NCBI GenBank assembly: GCA_000934665.2
Contig: KZ538603.1
Location: 1-64,000, forward strand
Reading direction: 5' to 3'
Source of the DNA: Catajapyx aquilonaris
Lineage: Eukaryota
Length of the DNA stretch: 64,000 nt
Shown: in pieces, positions 1 to 13,359 of the stretch
Position numbering within the stretch: position 1 is the stretch's first letter
Layout: each line of letters begins with the position of its first letter
Translations under genes and position numbers: made by a program
The notes under the pieces: model-generated
Told to the model about the DNA's origin: nothing
Databases searched by the model: none
What the model saw: only the letters and a program-made list of their open reading frames with translations

Positions 1-158
1 CGCAGTGCCACCTGGCGGATTTTCAACTTTTTTGGGGGGCGAGCTTTCCATTGGAGGCATAGGCCGGTTGGCATACTAGGTCTTGTAGGTACTATAACAT
101 AAGCAGCTTAGGCCGAATTTGTCAATAGCTGTTCGGACAATAAAGTTGGACCACCCTG
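1..158. mobile_element. Right end of a Tc1/mariner-type non-autonomous element, truncated by the window edge
   Basis: Ends in GTTCGGACAATAAAGTTGGACCACCCTG followed by TA. A very similar terminus (CTGTTCGGACAAAAAAGTTGAATCACCCTG-TA) lies at 62121-62152. Confidence 0.6.
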
Positions 159-517
159 TATTATTGGAAGAAAAATGACCTTTTTTGAGGCTTTATATCT
201 CGAGAACCTTTTGTCACAAAATTATGAATATTTTTTTGTAGGGTCCCTGGGCCCTTGCCATTCTATTTTGTGAAGCTCAGATCTCCAGCGTTTTCCCGAG
301 CTGAGCTGGAAGGAGGTGAAATGTAGTATACGAAGTGGCTGGAGTAAAAGGTCCACAGCAGTGCATGTTTATTTGGTTGCCTGGTTACATGACAAGTGGC
401 AGTAGGTGATGTGTCGAAATGTAGACTGTGTGTGTGGTGTGAAGTGATGCGGAGTGATGACTTGGCGGGGTGCACTGCCATGCACCTTGATATGTTGATT
501 ATTATTACCTTCAGACC

Positions 518-2270
518 ATGTACGAGACAGGGAGCGGTAAGATCCCTGTGGGAGACATAGTGTGGGGAAAGTTTGGGAGTTACCCCTACTGGCCAGGGAC
601 TTTCTGCGGCTTGGACCAAGAGAAACTGGGTGAGGGAAATATGGTCAGCCAAGTCTCCTTCTTCGCCCCCAAGAGAAATGGCTTACTGAAACTCTCAACC
701 GTAAGGCCCTACCGGTTTTACAAGCCGGAGGCGAGGGATTTCAAGAGTCACAGGGGGCTCAAGGAGGCCATCAAACAAGCGGACGAAGAGTACTTGAGAT
801 TGAATGAGCCAGTGACCCAAGAGGGTGAGGATGATGCAGAGGGTTCAGTGGATGTAAGGACCATGACGCAGACGCTCAGACAGAAGAACATACAGGTAAA
901 AAAATGCAGTCTCCCTGTACCACATGCTGTGGTCCTCAGGCCAATTTGCATAAGCATCATAAGTCATGGTGAATTGTTATCTCCAAGGTCAAATATGCAA
1001 ATAGCATGTTGGTTGTCTCATGCAAGCCATAATACATAGGAAAATTGTTTCATTTTTTATCAATCAATTTCATATCTACTGTAGAGGGTTAATTTCCCCT
1101 TTCATGTCTACAAGCCACAAATGTCACTAATATTATCAAATTAAAAGTTGCATTGTCCGCTAGGATTATCATCATTAATTGAGTGAACATCAACACCGAT
1201 TTATGTGACTGGTACAGCCTTGCAACATTTTGATCAACTGCGAGCGACTGCCTAATAACATGTAATAAGAGAGTCATGTGAATTATTGAAGGTATGCACT
1301 CAATGTATGTATTTTTTCCAATCCAGCCTGCTCAGCTCAAGATAGGATTTTTAGGCCTTGGCGTGATGGGTTTTGGTATTGTCAAGAATCTTGTGAACTC
1401 AGGTCACAAGGTCATGGTCTGGAATCCTGCCCTTGATACATGCCAGGTGTTTGTGGAGGCTGGGGCAGAGCAGGGGCAGACACCTTCCGAGGTGGTCCAG
1501 TCGTCGAATGTGACCTTCAGCTACCTGGAAGATCCCCATGCAGCTAAAGAAATGGTGTTTGGGGATGACGGTGTCCTGAAGGACATGACTGAGGGCAAGG
1601 GTTACATAGAAATGACATGGATGCAGCCAGACATGAGCAGTGAGATAGGGGCGGACATTACAGCCAAGAGGGGAAGATATTTGGAGGCACAGGTCCAGGG
1701 GACCAAAGAGCAGGCCATGGAAGGGACGCTGGTGGTAATTGCTGCAGGGGACCACTCCTTGTTTAATGACTGCAAGACTTGCTTCCAGGTAAAGTTGTGT
1801 TACATTTTGAAAGGTCTATCTTCTTGCATGAGACAACATGAGGTCTGTTCCTCTTCCAGGCAATGGGAATCGACTCGCTCTACATTGGGGAGGTGATAGG
1901 AACAGTCTCCATGATTTACCTGTTCCTCCAGCTGTACGGTGCAGTTATGCTGACTGCCACAGTTGAATGCATGTCCATGGCAGTCCAAATGGGCTTAAAG
2001 GAGGAAGATGTACTGGGCATTATCAAACTCACTTCCCTGGCCTGCCTGGCTGCTCTTGAAAACATGGGATCCGTGATTGATGGAAGCTTCTCCACCCAAC
2101 TGGACCGCATGCTGACGGACCTGAAGATATAGCCATCTCCATAGGCGATCAGAGGAGTCAGCCAATGACAACTACTATTAGGGCCTACGAAGCTATTAAG
2201 CAGGGCATGCAGAATGGCCACTTGAGGTACAAACCATCACCTGTTAAGGTAGGCGCACCCTTACTATGCC
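518..2270 (+). pseudogene. GLYR1: GLYR1/N-PAC (NP60)-like paralog, module 1: PWWP plus dehydrogenase-like domain; exons about 518-895, 1327-1788, 1860-~2270
   Basis: Exon 1 encodes a PWWP domain (VGDIVWGKFGSYPYWPG). Exon 2 encodes KIGFLGLGVMG...GHKVMVWN...YLEAQVQG...CKTCFQ. Introns are GT-AG, phase 0 (896-1326, 1789-1859). An extra TA at 2128-2131 gives a premature TAG at 2130-2132; homology resumes in another frame (AISIGDQRSQPMTTTIRAYEAIKQG). Confidence 0.85.
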
Positions 2271-2348
2271 ACATTAATTTTAAATTTTGGCTGACCTACC
2301 ATTTCTTTTATTGTTGGGGTGGTTAGAAACCCCTGTCAACCTCTGCAG

Positions 2349-3574
2349 GTCATTCTCTGGTCAGACATCAGCTGGGCAATGGCTCAGGAGATGGGGCAGC
2401 GTTGATCATCCACCGCAACCAGCCGCATAGATTCTTAAACCTGCCTACCCAACCTAATGTGGTAGCCGAACCAGAACTTGTACCATTGGATGTGAAGACT
2501 GTCACTGAGAGACTTCGAAAGTTGAAGTTACAGGTGACAATGCAACCTCATTTTACATCTGCAAGGCAAAAACAATGTGTCATAAATTTTTTACTTCATT
2601 TCAGCCATCTGGCCTCAAGATTGGCTTTTTAGGACTTGGCTTGATGGGTTCTGGAATGGTCAAGAATATTATAAACTCAGGTCATAAGGTCATGGTTTGG
2701 AACCGCACCCATGAAAAATGCCAGGTGTTCGTGGAGGCTGGGGCAGAGCGGGGGCAGACACCTTCCGAGATTGTCCAGTCATCAGACGTGACCTTCAGCT
2801 GCCTGGCTGACCCTCAAGCTGCCAAGGAAGTGGTGTTTGGGCCTGGTGGTGTCCTGCATGGTATGGCTGAGGGAAAAGGTTACGTAGAAATGACTGGCAT
2901 GGACCCAAATACCAGCTGTGAAATAGAAGCAGCCATGGCCAAGTAAGGAAGGTATCTGGAGGCACATATCCAGGGGAGCAAATCACAGGTTGTGGAAGGG
3001 ATGCTGGTCGTAATTGCTGCAGGGGCCCAGTCATTGTATAATGACTGCCAGACATGCTTCCAGGTAAGGTTGCTAATGACTGTTGTCTGAACTGTTACTG
3101 CATCTTGAAAATTGTGGTATTTGACATAAACATGGAAATTAGACAATATCTTCTTCCAGGCCATGGGCGACAACTCCCTGTACTTAGGTGCTGTAGTAGG
3201 AAAGGCCACCAATATGTATCTAGTCCTTTGTCAGTATGCCGCTATTATTCTGGCAGGTTTAGAGGAGGGCATGGTTTTGGCCGACGAGGCAGGAGTAACT
3301 CAAGAACATCTACTGGAGACCCTAGGAGTCACCCCCATGGCATGCCCCACTGCTCTGGAAAGTATGCAACTGGTGATTGAAGGATTGAGTGGCCCCTCCC
3401 AACATGTGCTGCAGCATATGCAGAAGGACCTGTAACTGGCCATCACCATGGGGGGATCACCAGAACATCCCAACTCCAATGTCTTTCGGGGCCTACGAGC
3501 TTTTTAAGAGGGCCATTAAGGCAGGCTACTTCAAGTACGATGCATCAGCACTCAACATAGCGGCTCGCTTTTAG
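2349..3574 (+). pseudogene. GLYR1: GLYR1/N-PAC-like dehydrogenase module 2, a tandem duplicate without PWWP; exons ~2349-2533, 2605-3063, 3160-3574
   Basis: Linker LDVKTVTERLRKLKLQ parallels VDVRTMTQTLRQKNIQ of module 1 and the intron positions are the same. Encodes KIGFLGLGLMGSGMVKN...WNRT and a C-terminus YDASALNIAARF*. Lesions: in-frame TAA at 2944-2946 and 3433-3435, and a +1 G frameshift at ~3450-3456. Confidence 0.85.
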
Positions 3575-4619
3575 TGTAGCAGATGTAAGATATACCACCT
3601 GCTTTCAGGGTTCAACATCACTTTTTTCCCCCCTTAAGTTTGGTTAAAGGATATTAAAGGCCATTACGTGTGAGACAACTTTTTTATTTTTTATTCCCAT
3701 GGCATCAAAAAACAAGGACTGAATCATGATTTTTGAAATATACATATTTGCATAATATTTGTCCATTTATGACTAAAGTTTTCTAAAACAGTTGCACAAA
3801 GAAGTTGGTGAAAATAATAATTTCAAATAAATTCATGGTTGAAAACATCACATGAGAGTTTGAGTCCACTTCTACAAAACATAACTGCTCAACAGCAAAT
3901 AAACTTTAGTCTTCTTTAAATGAAGAACAACTAAGAAAAAAGTAAATGTATAATAATCATGAGTTTAATGGCAATAAATCACTACCTCAAAAGTTATTTG
4001 AACTGGAGCACATCGCATCCTACTTTTATTTTCCATTAATGCAACCAAGATGCCCATATCTGTTACTATATTTTCATGTAGCCTCCTGATCTACCTCGTT
4101 TTGTACTAGCTTCTTGCTCAGTGTGTGAAAATATGGTATGTACCAAGCAGGCGTGTAGCTGGAAAATTCTTATGGGGGGGGGGGGGGGNGGGGTGTTTGA
4201 TAGCGATTTTTCTGCACTAAGCTGTTTATTATTAAGCAGTTACTTTCGAACCATTATTTTAGTAGTTATCAAAAATAATCCCTATATATATATATAAAGC
4301 TCAAAATTTGTACATATATTTATTTATCACGCCTAATTAAGCCACTTCCCGGGCACGGAGAGCGCTCAAATTTCTCAGAGCCATGTCTTACCTATCACTG
4401 ACCCCGAGAAAAGTCCCAAACCAGAACTTTTTTGAGTCCAAGGGCGGTTTTCAGCAGATTAAGCAATTGCCTAGCAACCCTGGCTGTCAACAAGCCCAAA
4501 GGATGGATCTGCCTCTCTCACTCACATTCTAAAATGAAATCAACATTGAATATTCAACAATGAAAACAATAGAGCAACGGGCAGGTTGGCAAGAATAATA
4601 ATTGCAGTACACGTAATAG

Positions 4620-4768
4620 CAAGGGGGTAATCACTTCGGTACTCCGGTGTACACCTGGGAGTGGTACTCCCTGGTACTCCTCAGGCACCTCACTCTTTAT
4701 TACTCCGTGGTACTCCTTGAATTTGGTACTCCAGTGTACACTTTTCAGTCGAGTGATTACCCCCCTTG
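4620..4768. mobile_element. MITE with ~16-bp TIRs and internal GGTACTCC repeats (P/hAT-like)
   Basis: TIRs CAAGGGGGTAATCACT and AGTGATTACCCCCCTTG. Probable 8-bp TSD ACACGTAG, with the left copy interrupted by a 3-nt insertion at its TA. Confidence 0.65.
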
Positions 4769-5019
4769 ACACGTAGGGTATCGTAACAATTAACGGTTGG
4801 AGTACTTCGGGGAGTGCCGAGATCAACAATACCGAACAATACAGTACCGTACAGTGCATATCGATAGAACCAGCCACAAGGCACCAGGAAACAGAGGAAA
4901 GAAGAGCAGGTATACGTTCGTGTGTTTGGTCTCAGAAGTGTTGGAGTCATGCCTTCATGTTCGGATTGTCTTATCATCAAATATTTTTGTTTAAAAATCT
5001 TATAGGCTACAAAATTTTC

Positions 5020-5248
5020 AAATGTACGGTAATTTTAAAACCGGGGTTAATGCGAAACGGCGTAAAATGGAGCGGCGTAAAACGGGTACTTCCCGCATGG
5101 GAAATCTTTCTTGGCCACTTCACAACCAGAAAGCTATCATAATTTCCACGTTGTCACAATTTCTCAATTTAACAATTTTATGATGTCATTTTCAAACCGT
5201 TAATGTAGAACGGCGTAAAATGGAGGGGTGTAAAACGGGTACCTACTG
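5020..5248. mobile_element. pogo/Tigger-like MITE end
   Basis: Repeated CGGCGTAAAATGGAG(C/G)GG(C/T)GTAAAACGGGTAC motif; ends in CCTACTG followed by TA. Confidence 0.45.
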
Positions 5249-5436
5249 TATTATTTTGATAATTGGACGGTGTTATGCAATAATGCGTCAACCCACGCGA
5301 GACCAGTTTTGAGAAAAAGGGCTTTGAAGGTCATACCTGTGAAATTAATTAAGTGTTCTTTTCGGTCATTTATGGCAGAAGTATATGCACATTTAACCAG
5401 CGTGATTTTAACTGAATGAAGTAGGATCCTTTAGGT

Positions 5437-5635
5437 CAGCGGTTCTTAGCCTGGGGTGCCCGCACCTCCAGGGGGTGCGAGGTGGCTTCCCTGGGGGTGC
5501 GAGCAAGGTGCACAGCTAATAACTGGTCTAACATACTATGAACGTAATCAATCACCCCTGGTAAAGGGGGTACGACAAGGACCAATATATTGTCTACAAA
5601 GGGGTGCGGAGGCCCTAAAAGGTTAAGAACCTCTG
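5437..5635. mobile_element. hAT MITE
   Basis: TIRs CAGCGGTTCTTAGCC and GGTTAAGAACCTCTG. Perfect 8-bp TSD CTTTAGGT at 5429-5436 and 5636-5643. Confidence 0.9.
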
Positions 5636-6214
5636 CTTTAGGTGTATGTTCCTGGGCTTGGCTCAATTTTGACATTTTTGTGGGTTGACCCATTATTGCA
5701 TAACAGTGTCCAATTATCCCTCGGCTTTCAATCACTTATGTGTACGTTGACTGACACCAAGTTCAACATATGTACCAGACGGGTTTGCTGCTATAAATTA
5801 ATTAAGAAATAACATATTTTGATAATCTACGTATGTAAGGCAAAAGAATTTTGTTGGCGATTACCATAGAAACAGGCCTGTAAATGGTTTCAAATTTTGC
5901 ACTTCCCCAAATTTTTTTATCCAAATTTTTTATGTCTCCTCCCCCCAATGTATCTCCACCTTGCCTTTCGTTTTCCCATGATCCTGAAGAGCTATGCCGG
6001 CGGTAGTTTCGTCTACTGGTAGGGCCGCCCAAGTTGGACAGGTCTTTGGGATAGGAGACAGACTAAGAGATACCAGTCTGTCCCACCTTTTTGTATTCTG
6101 ATAACCACATAGCCATAGTTGCGTGGCTCTTTATTACGCAAACAAACCAGAATTTCTACACCCTTCCAGTGCCTACATATGCAAGGGAATGAGCAGTTTT
6201 GCATTTAATATTGC

Positions 6215-6289
6215 TTGAGATCTAAGAAGATTTCGGTGTAATTATCCACGCTCTTTTTTCCCCGTGCGAAGAACGGGTACCGCTGCTAG
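6215..6289 (+). mobile_element. Helitron 3' terminus
   Basis: GC-rich hairpin CCCGTGCGAAGAACGGG (6261-6277), followed 8 nt later by CTAG then T. Confidence 0.6.
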
Positions 6290-6539
6290 TAACTTAATAT
6301 GAGGCCGAACAGAAAGGATGATAAACGAAATTGTCTAGGGTGTGGAATTGTAGAGTGATGTCAAGTGTACGGTAAATGCTTCCACAGTGTGTGGATACGG
6401 AAGCATTTACTGTACACTGGACATCACTCTACAAGATTCCTTAACCATACATGTTATTTATGGCAACTTAAGCTTTCTGAATATGAATTGTTGTTACAAA
6501 ATGAATACAACAGCGGTAGGCCAGTACAGAAGAGGCAAA

Positions 6540-6715
6540 TCATTCCAAGCGGAAATTGAGTCGGCGAGGCTTCTTTGCCAAAAGCTCTAGAATGTCCTCA
6601 GATCTGACGCAAACGTCTCGATGGATGTTCAAAAGTGCCAATCCATTCATGCGGTCTTGATTTGTTGTACTTCGCAGGTAGGTTTTCAATCTTCGCAAGG
6701 TTGAAAATGATCTGT
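6540..6715 (-). mobile_element. hAT transposase C-terminal dimerisation-domain fragment
   Basis: Translation RSFSTLRRLKTYLRSTTNQDRMNGLALLNIHRD...LAKKPRRL matches the hATC motif ERSFSxLxxxKxxLRxxMxxxRLxxLALLxIH. Confidence 0.85.
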
Positions 6716-7196
6716 CAAAAACAATCAAACCCCCAGGGATTCGCGGGGAATCCTCCGCCATTGCTTCCACGCATGTCAGCCAGACATGCGCACCATTCAG
6801 ACTATTGCTCGGAATTACGATGTGCACAGAATATTATTTACATAATATTGATAATATTATTTGAAATTAGAGCTGTAATCTTAAAGAGATTGAGAGCTTT
6901 GAGTTAAGACTCCATTTCTATATCGGTAGTTGCACTTGCTTTATTTATTTATTTATTTATTTTATTTATTTATTTCATTTTTGCAATTTCTCTTCTCGTA
7001 TCTTCCCATTTTTCTCTCTACAATTTTTCCTATTGTTACTGCGGGTTTCAATCCGAAATGAACAGTATTTTCATAAAGCCTCCTGTGGGAGTCACAATCA
7101 TATTATGGTTGTGACTTTTGTTATGAGCAAATTAATTGGCTGTATTAAATGAAAATAAATAATTCCAACAATGGAGGACGTACTTAAAAAGCATAT

Positions 7197-7452
7197 CGTC
7201 GGCCGGCGATCAAAACCTCGTAACTCCTCAAGACCAAATTTTACCGGAGGGACAAAAAACATTTTGTAAAATCATGTTTTCTGTTCATGCTAACAATTAT
7301 TCCTACAGTATAGCATAACGTAAACCTTACCTTTCATGAGGATGATGTTGATTTATTATTGATTGATGATTGAATTATTTTCTCGACTGACCTCACTCGT
7401 AAGTCCATTTTCGCGCAAAAATGGAGTTACGAGGTTTTGATCCCCGCCGACG
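7197..7452. mobile_element. Sola-like MITE with 4-bp AWWT TSD
   Basis: TIRs CGTCGGCCGGCGATCAAAACCTCGTAACTCC and GGAGTTACGAGGTTTTGATCCCCGCCGACG, with ATAT on both flanks. Confidence 0.7.
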
Positions 7453-8876
7453 ATATCGAATGTGTAAAAATGCTACAGAGCTCACCTTTGTCCTGCGACT
7501 GCTTCTCCACTCATTACGTTGCGTTGGTATGATGATTTTTGTCTAGCGAAGTTAAATTGCCTTCCTTCCAGTCCTCCTTGGTTTGAAATGAAGAGAAAAT
7601 TAAATAGTTCAAGTGTCAAGTCCCCATGGTAGATCAATTATTTTTTAATCATATCAGTTTTAGTGAACAATTTGCATTAAAAAAAATTAAACATCTACAA
7701 TACCAAAAAAACTACGGTACATTAAAATCTGTAGCACCTATACTGTGACCATTTCTAAGGTGAAAAAAATTGCAATTTTGCAATTTTCAAGCCCAGCGGA
7801 AAATACTGCACTTCACCTATTTGTGTAATATTGTTAGGAACATATTCCATTAAAAATTATCATGCAGCAGTTTCCTAAGCAGTAGGCCTAAATGGGAGTG
7901 AATCAAGCATGAAACAGCAGTTGAATTGAGAAACAAATTTCCGCAAGTATTACCTGACCAGTTTCTAAATGTGGAGTGACCAATCAAAACGCAACAAATG
8001 CCAAAATTTCCAAAATCGAGTTATAGGTGGTAGCACGTCCTTGAGGCTCGGGTCTACGTGTGTGTTAGATTGTGACATTTCTAAATGCAATATCTACCGG
8101 GCGTTTCCCAGCTACTTTGGGTCCTACTAACATGATCTACATAGCGGTTTCGGAGGAACACGCCGATTTGTTGTTGTTTTTTTTTGCGCTGTGTTATGTG
8201 TATAAAACTATACATATCACCCCCCCCCCCCCCCTTCAGTAGGCTACTTGTCACTGAAGCGGCTAGTAAATGATTGGGCACTGGTTGTTTAATGAGCAAA
8301 AGCAACATTACCAGTTCTTGACATAACATTTGATGTTTTTTTAAAAAAGTAAAATAGCATAATAAGTACACTCCAGTCAAACAGATTTCTTTTTCTCATT
8401 AGTTTCTTTATTAATTGGCAGACGCAGTTGTATTGGCGCCTGGCGGTATACCCAATTGGCCCCTCCTACCCTACCTTGCATCTCAAGTGTGTCTGGATGG
8501 GTGGGAAGTATATAGCCTAGGTGTAGGCAGAGCACGGGGCAGAGCCGTTTTTCATCATGGGAAACCGAGGCAGTTGCCCCAGGGCGGTAAATTTTGAGAT
8601 GCGGCAAATCGCGGCATCACAATTTTCCTGTGCGCTGAGGACTTTGGCGGATTTTTTTTTCTTTTTTCTTTTTTTTTGCGGGACTAGTGAATGAATGTGG
8701 GTTTAAGCATATTCACAAACAAAACATAAGCACAACTCACCCAAAAACCGCTCCCGTGTTCTGAGCGCTCGGGCATTTTCGGGAAGTTAATTTGCGGTTC
8801 GCGTAAGGTCAGTTCTAAAGTTAATTAAGTTGAATATATAATTGAGTGCAGACTGTATAGGCCCTAAGGTATAGCA

Positions 8877-8985
8877 GACCTGAAGCTCAAATTAGCCTCC
8901 AAGAGAAACGATCCTCCTTCTACTTCACGACTCGTGAGGTAGAGGGAGGATCAGATCTCTTGAAGGTAATTTGAGCTTCAGGTCT
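8877..8985. repeat. Imperfect ~110-bp hairpin (mini-MITE)
   Basis: AGACCTGAAGCTCAAATTA...TCACGACTCGTGA...TAATTTGAGCTTCAGGTCT. Confidence 0.75.
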
Positions 8986-9042
8986 CTGGTCACCTTACTC
9001 GTTTCCGCGACCGTACTCCTTCATGCATAGGGAAACCTGTTA

Positions 9043-9244
9043 GGCCCGGTTCACACGTGGCCACTTTTAGTGGCAGCGACTGGCCACAGCAACTGACCAC
9101 TTTTGGAATAAATATTACACAGGATTGAAATATTGAATGAGAGAGTGGCCAGTGGCCACGTGTGTGTATGCTTTCATTCAATCCCGTGTATTTCCAACAG
9201 TGGCCAGTTACTGCCACTAAAAGTAGCCACATGTGAACCGGGCC
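9043..9244. mobile_element. PIF/Harbinger (Tourist-like) MITE
   Basis: TIRs GGCCCGGTTCACACGTGGCCACTTTTAGTGGCAG and its complement, with TTA TSD on both sides. Confidence 0.85.
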
Positions 9245-10654
9245 TTATAGGAATCTGCTCCTTATACCAAGTACGAGCATGTATGTGCTCGTATGTGCAC
9301 AGCAACATGGTAGTGACAGGATAGTGAAGCCTGGTGGTTGTAGGAAAAGTCTGCAAGGTAAAAAAATGCTGCTGAAACTGTAACCCGACTAATTTTTTGG
9401 CCACCACGTGACTCTTTGGTATTTGCCTCCTATTATACGCAGCGCTGTTATAGTGTATATGTGATTCTTGGGTGCTCTTGTACTGTGTATAGACTAGGTG
9501 GAATTAATTTCCAGTAAGTAGAAGGATTATAGCCATCACTTGCACAATGAAATTATTTTCCCCTTGACATCACAAAAAGGAGGCGGAAGAACTTTTGACA
9601 TACACTGAGGTCAGGGAGCATATACTCCCTGCTGAGGTCATTTTATTTAAGTGGAAGAGAAATTTCCGTTTATCTTTTCCACTAGAATTTTTCATTTTCC
9701 ATCACCGATGTTTTCCGCATATTAAGTGAAAAGATTTGGGATTATTAGCAATTAAACTTATGTGGAAAAGAAATAACCGAATGTGGAGGAAGATTCCATT
9801 ATTTCAGGTGGAAAATACCCGAAAATACCACTTAAATGGAAAAATAGTGTAAAATCCAGTGGTGGAAGTGGAGAATGCACCTCTCTTGCACGTAATTAAG
9901 TGGAAGAAAATGTTCAAATCTTTCAGCTTATTTACGTGAAAATTAAACGGGAAAGTAAGCTGTTAGCACTGCGCACGGTTCTACGACTCATTTTTCACTG
10001 ACCACACATGAGCCATCAGCCATGCTGTATCGCAGGTTGAAGCACTCACAGGATATATCAAACAACGAATATCCGCAATCACAGTTTCCGGTCATACAGC
10101 ATATACATTGCATAGATACTCGTACATAGCATTATTAAGTAAACCACTCGAAATTAGTGGTTCATAAATGTTGTATATATGTACTTTCATATACAGTGCA
10201 ATATCTTTCATACACAATATATTGAGATTATATTTAGGCGGATCAATAAGTAACGCAGGAAATTTAATTTAGGATAAAGTTTAATAGATAGACAAAACTT
10301 AAGATATCGTATACATAGCGACCTCCCAATCCTTTGGCTATTTTTCAACATATGAACCGTTTCTGTTGATGCATTTGTCCCACTGTGGTACAGTACTTAC
10401 TGTTAGTTAAAGATGCCATGCTTTAGAGCTCCTGTTTTTGCCATAAGGGCTTTTTTTTTTCAAGGGTGCAAATAAACGAAAGTCGCTCAGTATACGGTCA
10501 GGTCCAGCCCCCTGACACAGCCCACCTACATGTATGGTGACGGTAGGTTAACACCTGTGTCCTGGCCAGACGGCGCTGATGGCGGAACATGGCGGATGTC
10601 CCTCCAGTGTCAAGGCTTATTTTAACCAGGTTTCGTCATCTAATGCGAGGCTTT

Positions 10655-11080
10655 TTCTAACCAGGTTCCGTATTCAGAAGGGTTCCTTATGGGGCCGCTT
10701 ATGGCACGCTTCCGTTGCATGCCGCTAGAGGCGCTGATGCCAGCCGCGGGGGGAAACTGCCGCTCACCGCTATGCATATGCTTACGTTTTCATTTAATAT
10801 TTGCATGCAAAATATGTATACGTTGAATCCGGATATAACATCCTCGGCTACAACCGATCCTTGGTCATAGCAGACTGGTCCCGCCATACTCACGTACTCT
10901 ATGGCCTGTGTATTTAGCTACAACAGACTCGGTTTGGACAGACTGATTTGCGCGGTTTTTTGATATCCGAGTCTTTATGTAGTTTTTTTTCGGGCAATGA
11001 TTAAAGACCGTTATTGGAAATATCATCCCCTAAAAGACTCAAGGAGCCATATCGCGAGGTATCCATTATTATTATTATCG

Positions 11081-11174
<94 letters not shown>

Positions 11175-11200
11175 ATTATTATTATTATTATTTATTATTA

Positions 11201-11231
<31 letters not shown>

Positions 11232-11267
11232 ATAATAATAATAATGTTGTTGTTGTTTATTATTATT

Positions 11268-11309
<42 letters not shown>

Positions 11310-11708
11310 AGCACAAGTGGTTACCAGACGTCCCGGATTGTCCGGGACTGTCCGGAATATCCACCCATTGTCCCGGATTCTCTCAGGGGTCATTCGGGAT
11401 ACCAATATTTGTCCCGGATTGCGCCAAATTGTCACGGTTATAGCAGGGCTATGTTAGTATACACTAGTATATGACTGTAACAGTACAACATTTGATTACT
11501 CTCCGGTCAGCCAGCGACTTGAATGATGTATCTGGGACGGCCCAAACCAGTAGCCTATAACATCTCATTACAGTGGCAAAAATAAGTAGTTATATAATGG
11601 TACACCTGCGATGGTCTCCACTAAGGGTCTCCATCATCACCGACAGATCACCTCTTATTGTTTGCTACCCTAATAAAAAGGTCCAATAAAGCATATCATG
11701 GGATATCC

Positions 11709-11776
<68 letters not shown>

Positions 11777-12301
11777 TGACAGTGCAGTGGGCCAAATAAT
11801 AACATTCCGGCTCAAAAGATTCAAGACGTCTGTTACAGCACAATTACAATATATTGAATCATATAGAAATGGGAAAGTGCCAAATTAGCCGTACTGCACC
11901 ATCCTTCACTTCACTAACATCTGCATGCCGTCTGCCGTATCAGGTCATCAATATTTCAACAACGCAAAACATATATATTATATTGGAAAATCACTTCTTA
12001 TCTTATGCTGCGCATTAATACCGTATATGGACATAATTATACTGTACCTATATCGTATACAGTACAGCATACCAGATTTTAAAAGTATTAAATGTATGAT
12101 ATATTATATATCATATATCATATATCATATCATATCATATCATATATAGCCTATGTATACATAGGCTATATGATGCAGGTACCCGGGTCAACCTAATAAC
12201 CAATACATATAAATTATCATGGAAGTAATTAAGTAAACTAGTCTGCTGCGATGTGCAACATATACAGTCAAAGAACTACAACGACGACGACGACGACGAC
12301 G

Positions 12302-12334
<33 letters not shown>

Positions 12335-12461
12335 GGCCTAACAACAGCAACAACAGGCCTAACAACAACAACAATAACAATAAACAACAACAACATTAAC
12401 AAATAATAATAAACAATAATAATAATAATAATAATAAACAACAATAATAATAATAATAAAC

Positions 12462-12530
<69 letters not shown>

Positions 12531-12955
12531 CGATAATAATAATAATGGATACCTCGCGATATGGCTCCTTGAGTCTTTTAGGGGATGATATTTCCAATAA
12601 CGGTCTTTAATCATTGCCCGAAAAAAACTACATAAAGACTCGGATATCAAAAAACCGCGCAAATCAGTCTGTCCAAACCGAGTCTGTTGTAGCTAAATGC
12701 ACAGGCCATAGAGTACGTGAGTATGGCGGGACCAGTCTGCTATGACCAAGGATCGGTTGTAGCCGAGGATGTTATATCCGGATTCAACGTATACATATTT
12801 TGCATGCAAATATTAAATGAAAACGTAAGCATATGCATAGCGGTGAGCGGCAGTTTCCCCCCGCGGCTGGCATCAGCGCCTCGAGCGGCGTGCAACGGAA
12901 GCGTGCCAAGCGGCCCCATAAGGAACCCTTCTGAATACGGAACCTGGTTAGAAAA
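10655..12955. repeat. Near-perfect ~650-bp inverted repeat with ~1-kb spacer (arms ~10655-11310 and ~12310-12955)
   Basis: ORF-track peptides are duplicated on opposite strands (MSMAGPVCYDQG..., MIKDRYWKYHPL...). Both arms include (ATT)n and (GTT)n tracts. Confidence 0.9.
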
Positions 12956-12982
12956 AGCGATGGAAAAAGCCTTGCCAGTGTC

Positions 12983-13359
12983 TGCCGCCATCTTGAAGGC
13001 CCATTCCGGTTGGCTGGCAAGTCAATCTGCCTGCGGGTGGGTGCCAAAAAAAATATGCCGAAAAATAAGTACGGTACTGCTAGCTATCTTTAGTCATGTC
13101 TAAATAAAATAAATAGTACACTTACAATGCTCGGTAAATTGTGCAGAAGGCATTCTGGACACACCAAAAATGTCAAGCGAGCAGGAGGTGATTGTAAAAA
13201 AGCATTGTAAGTGTACTATTTATTTTATTTAGACATGACTAAAGATAGCTAGCAGTACCGAGCAGTACCGTACTTATTTTTCGGCATGTTTTTCTTGGCA
13301 CCCACCCGCAGGCAGATTGACTCGCCAGCCAACCGGAATGGGCCTTCAAGATGGCGGCA
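12983..13359. repeat. Palindromic element with ~145-bp arms
   Basis: TGCCGCCATCTTGAAGGCCCATTCCGG...CTTACAATGC pairs with GCATTGTAAG...CCGGAATGGGCCTTCAAGATGGCGGCA. Confidence 0.85.

Noticed and set aside
263..2221. Minus-strand ORFs overlapping the GLYR1-like exons
   Set aside because: Antisense shadows with no recognisable motifs.
10997..12662. Poly-I/Y/N/V ORFs
   Set aside because: These are translations of (ATT)n and (GTT)n microsatellites.
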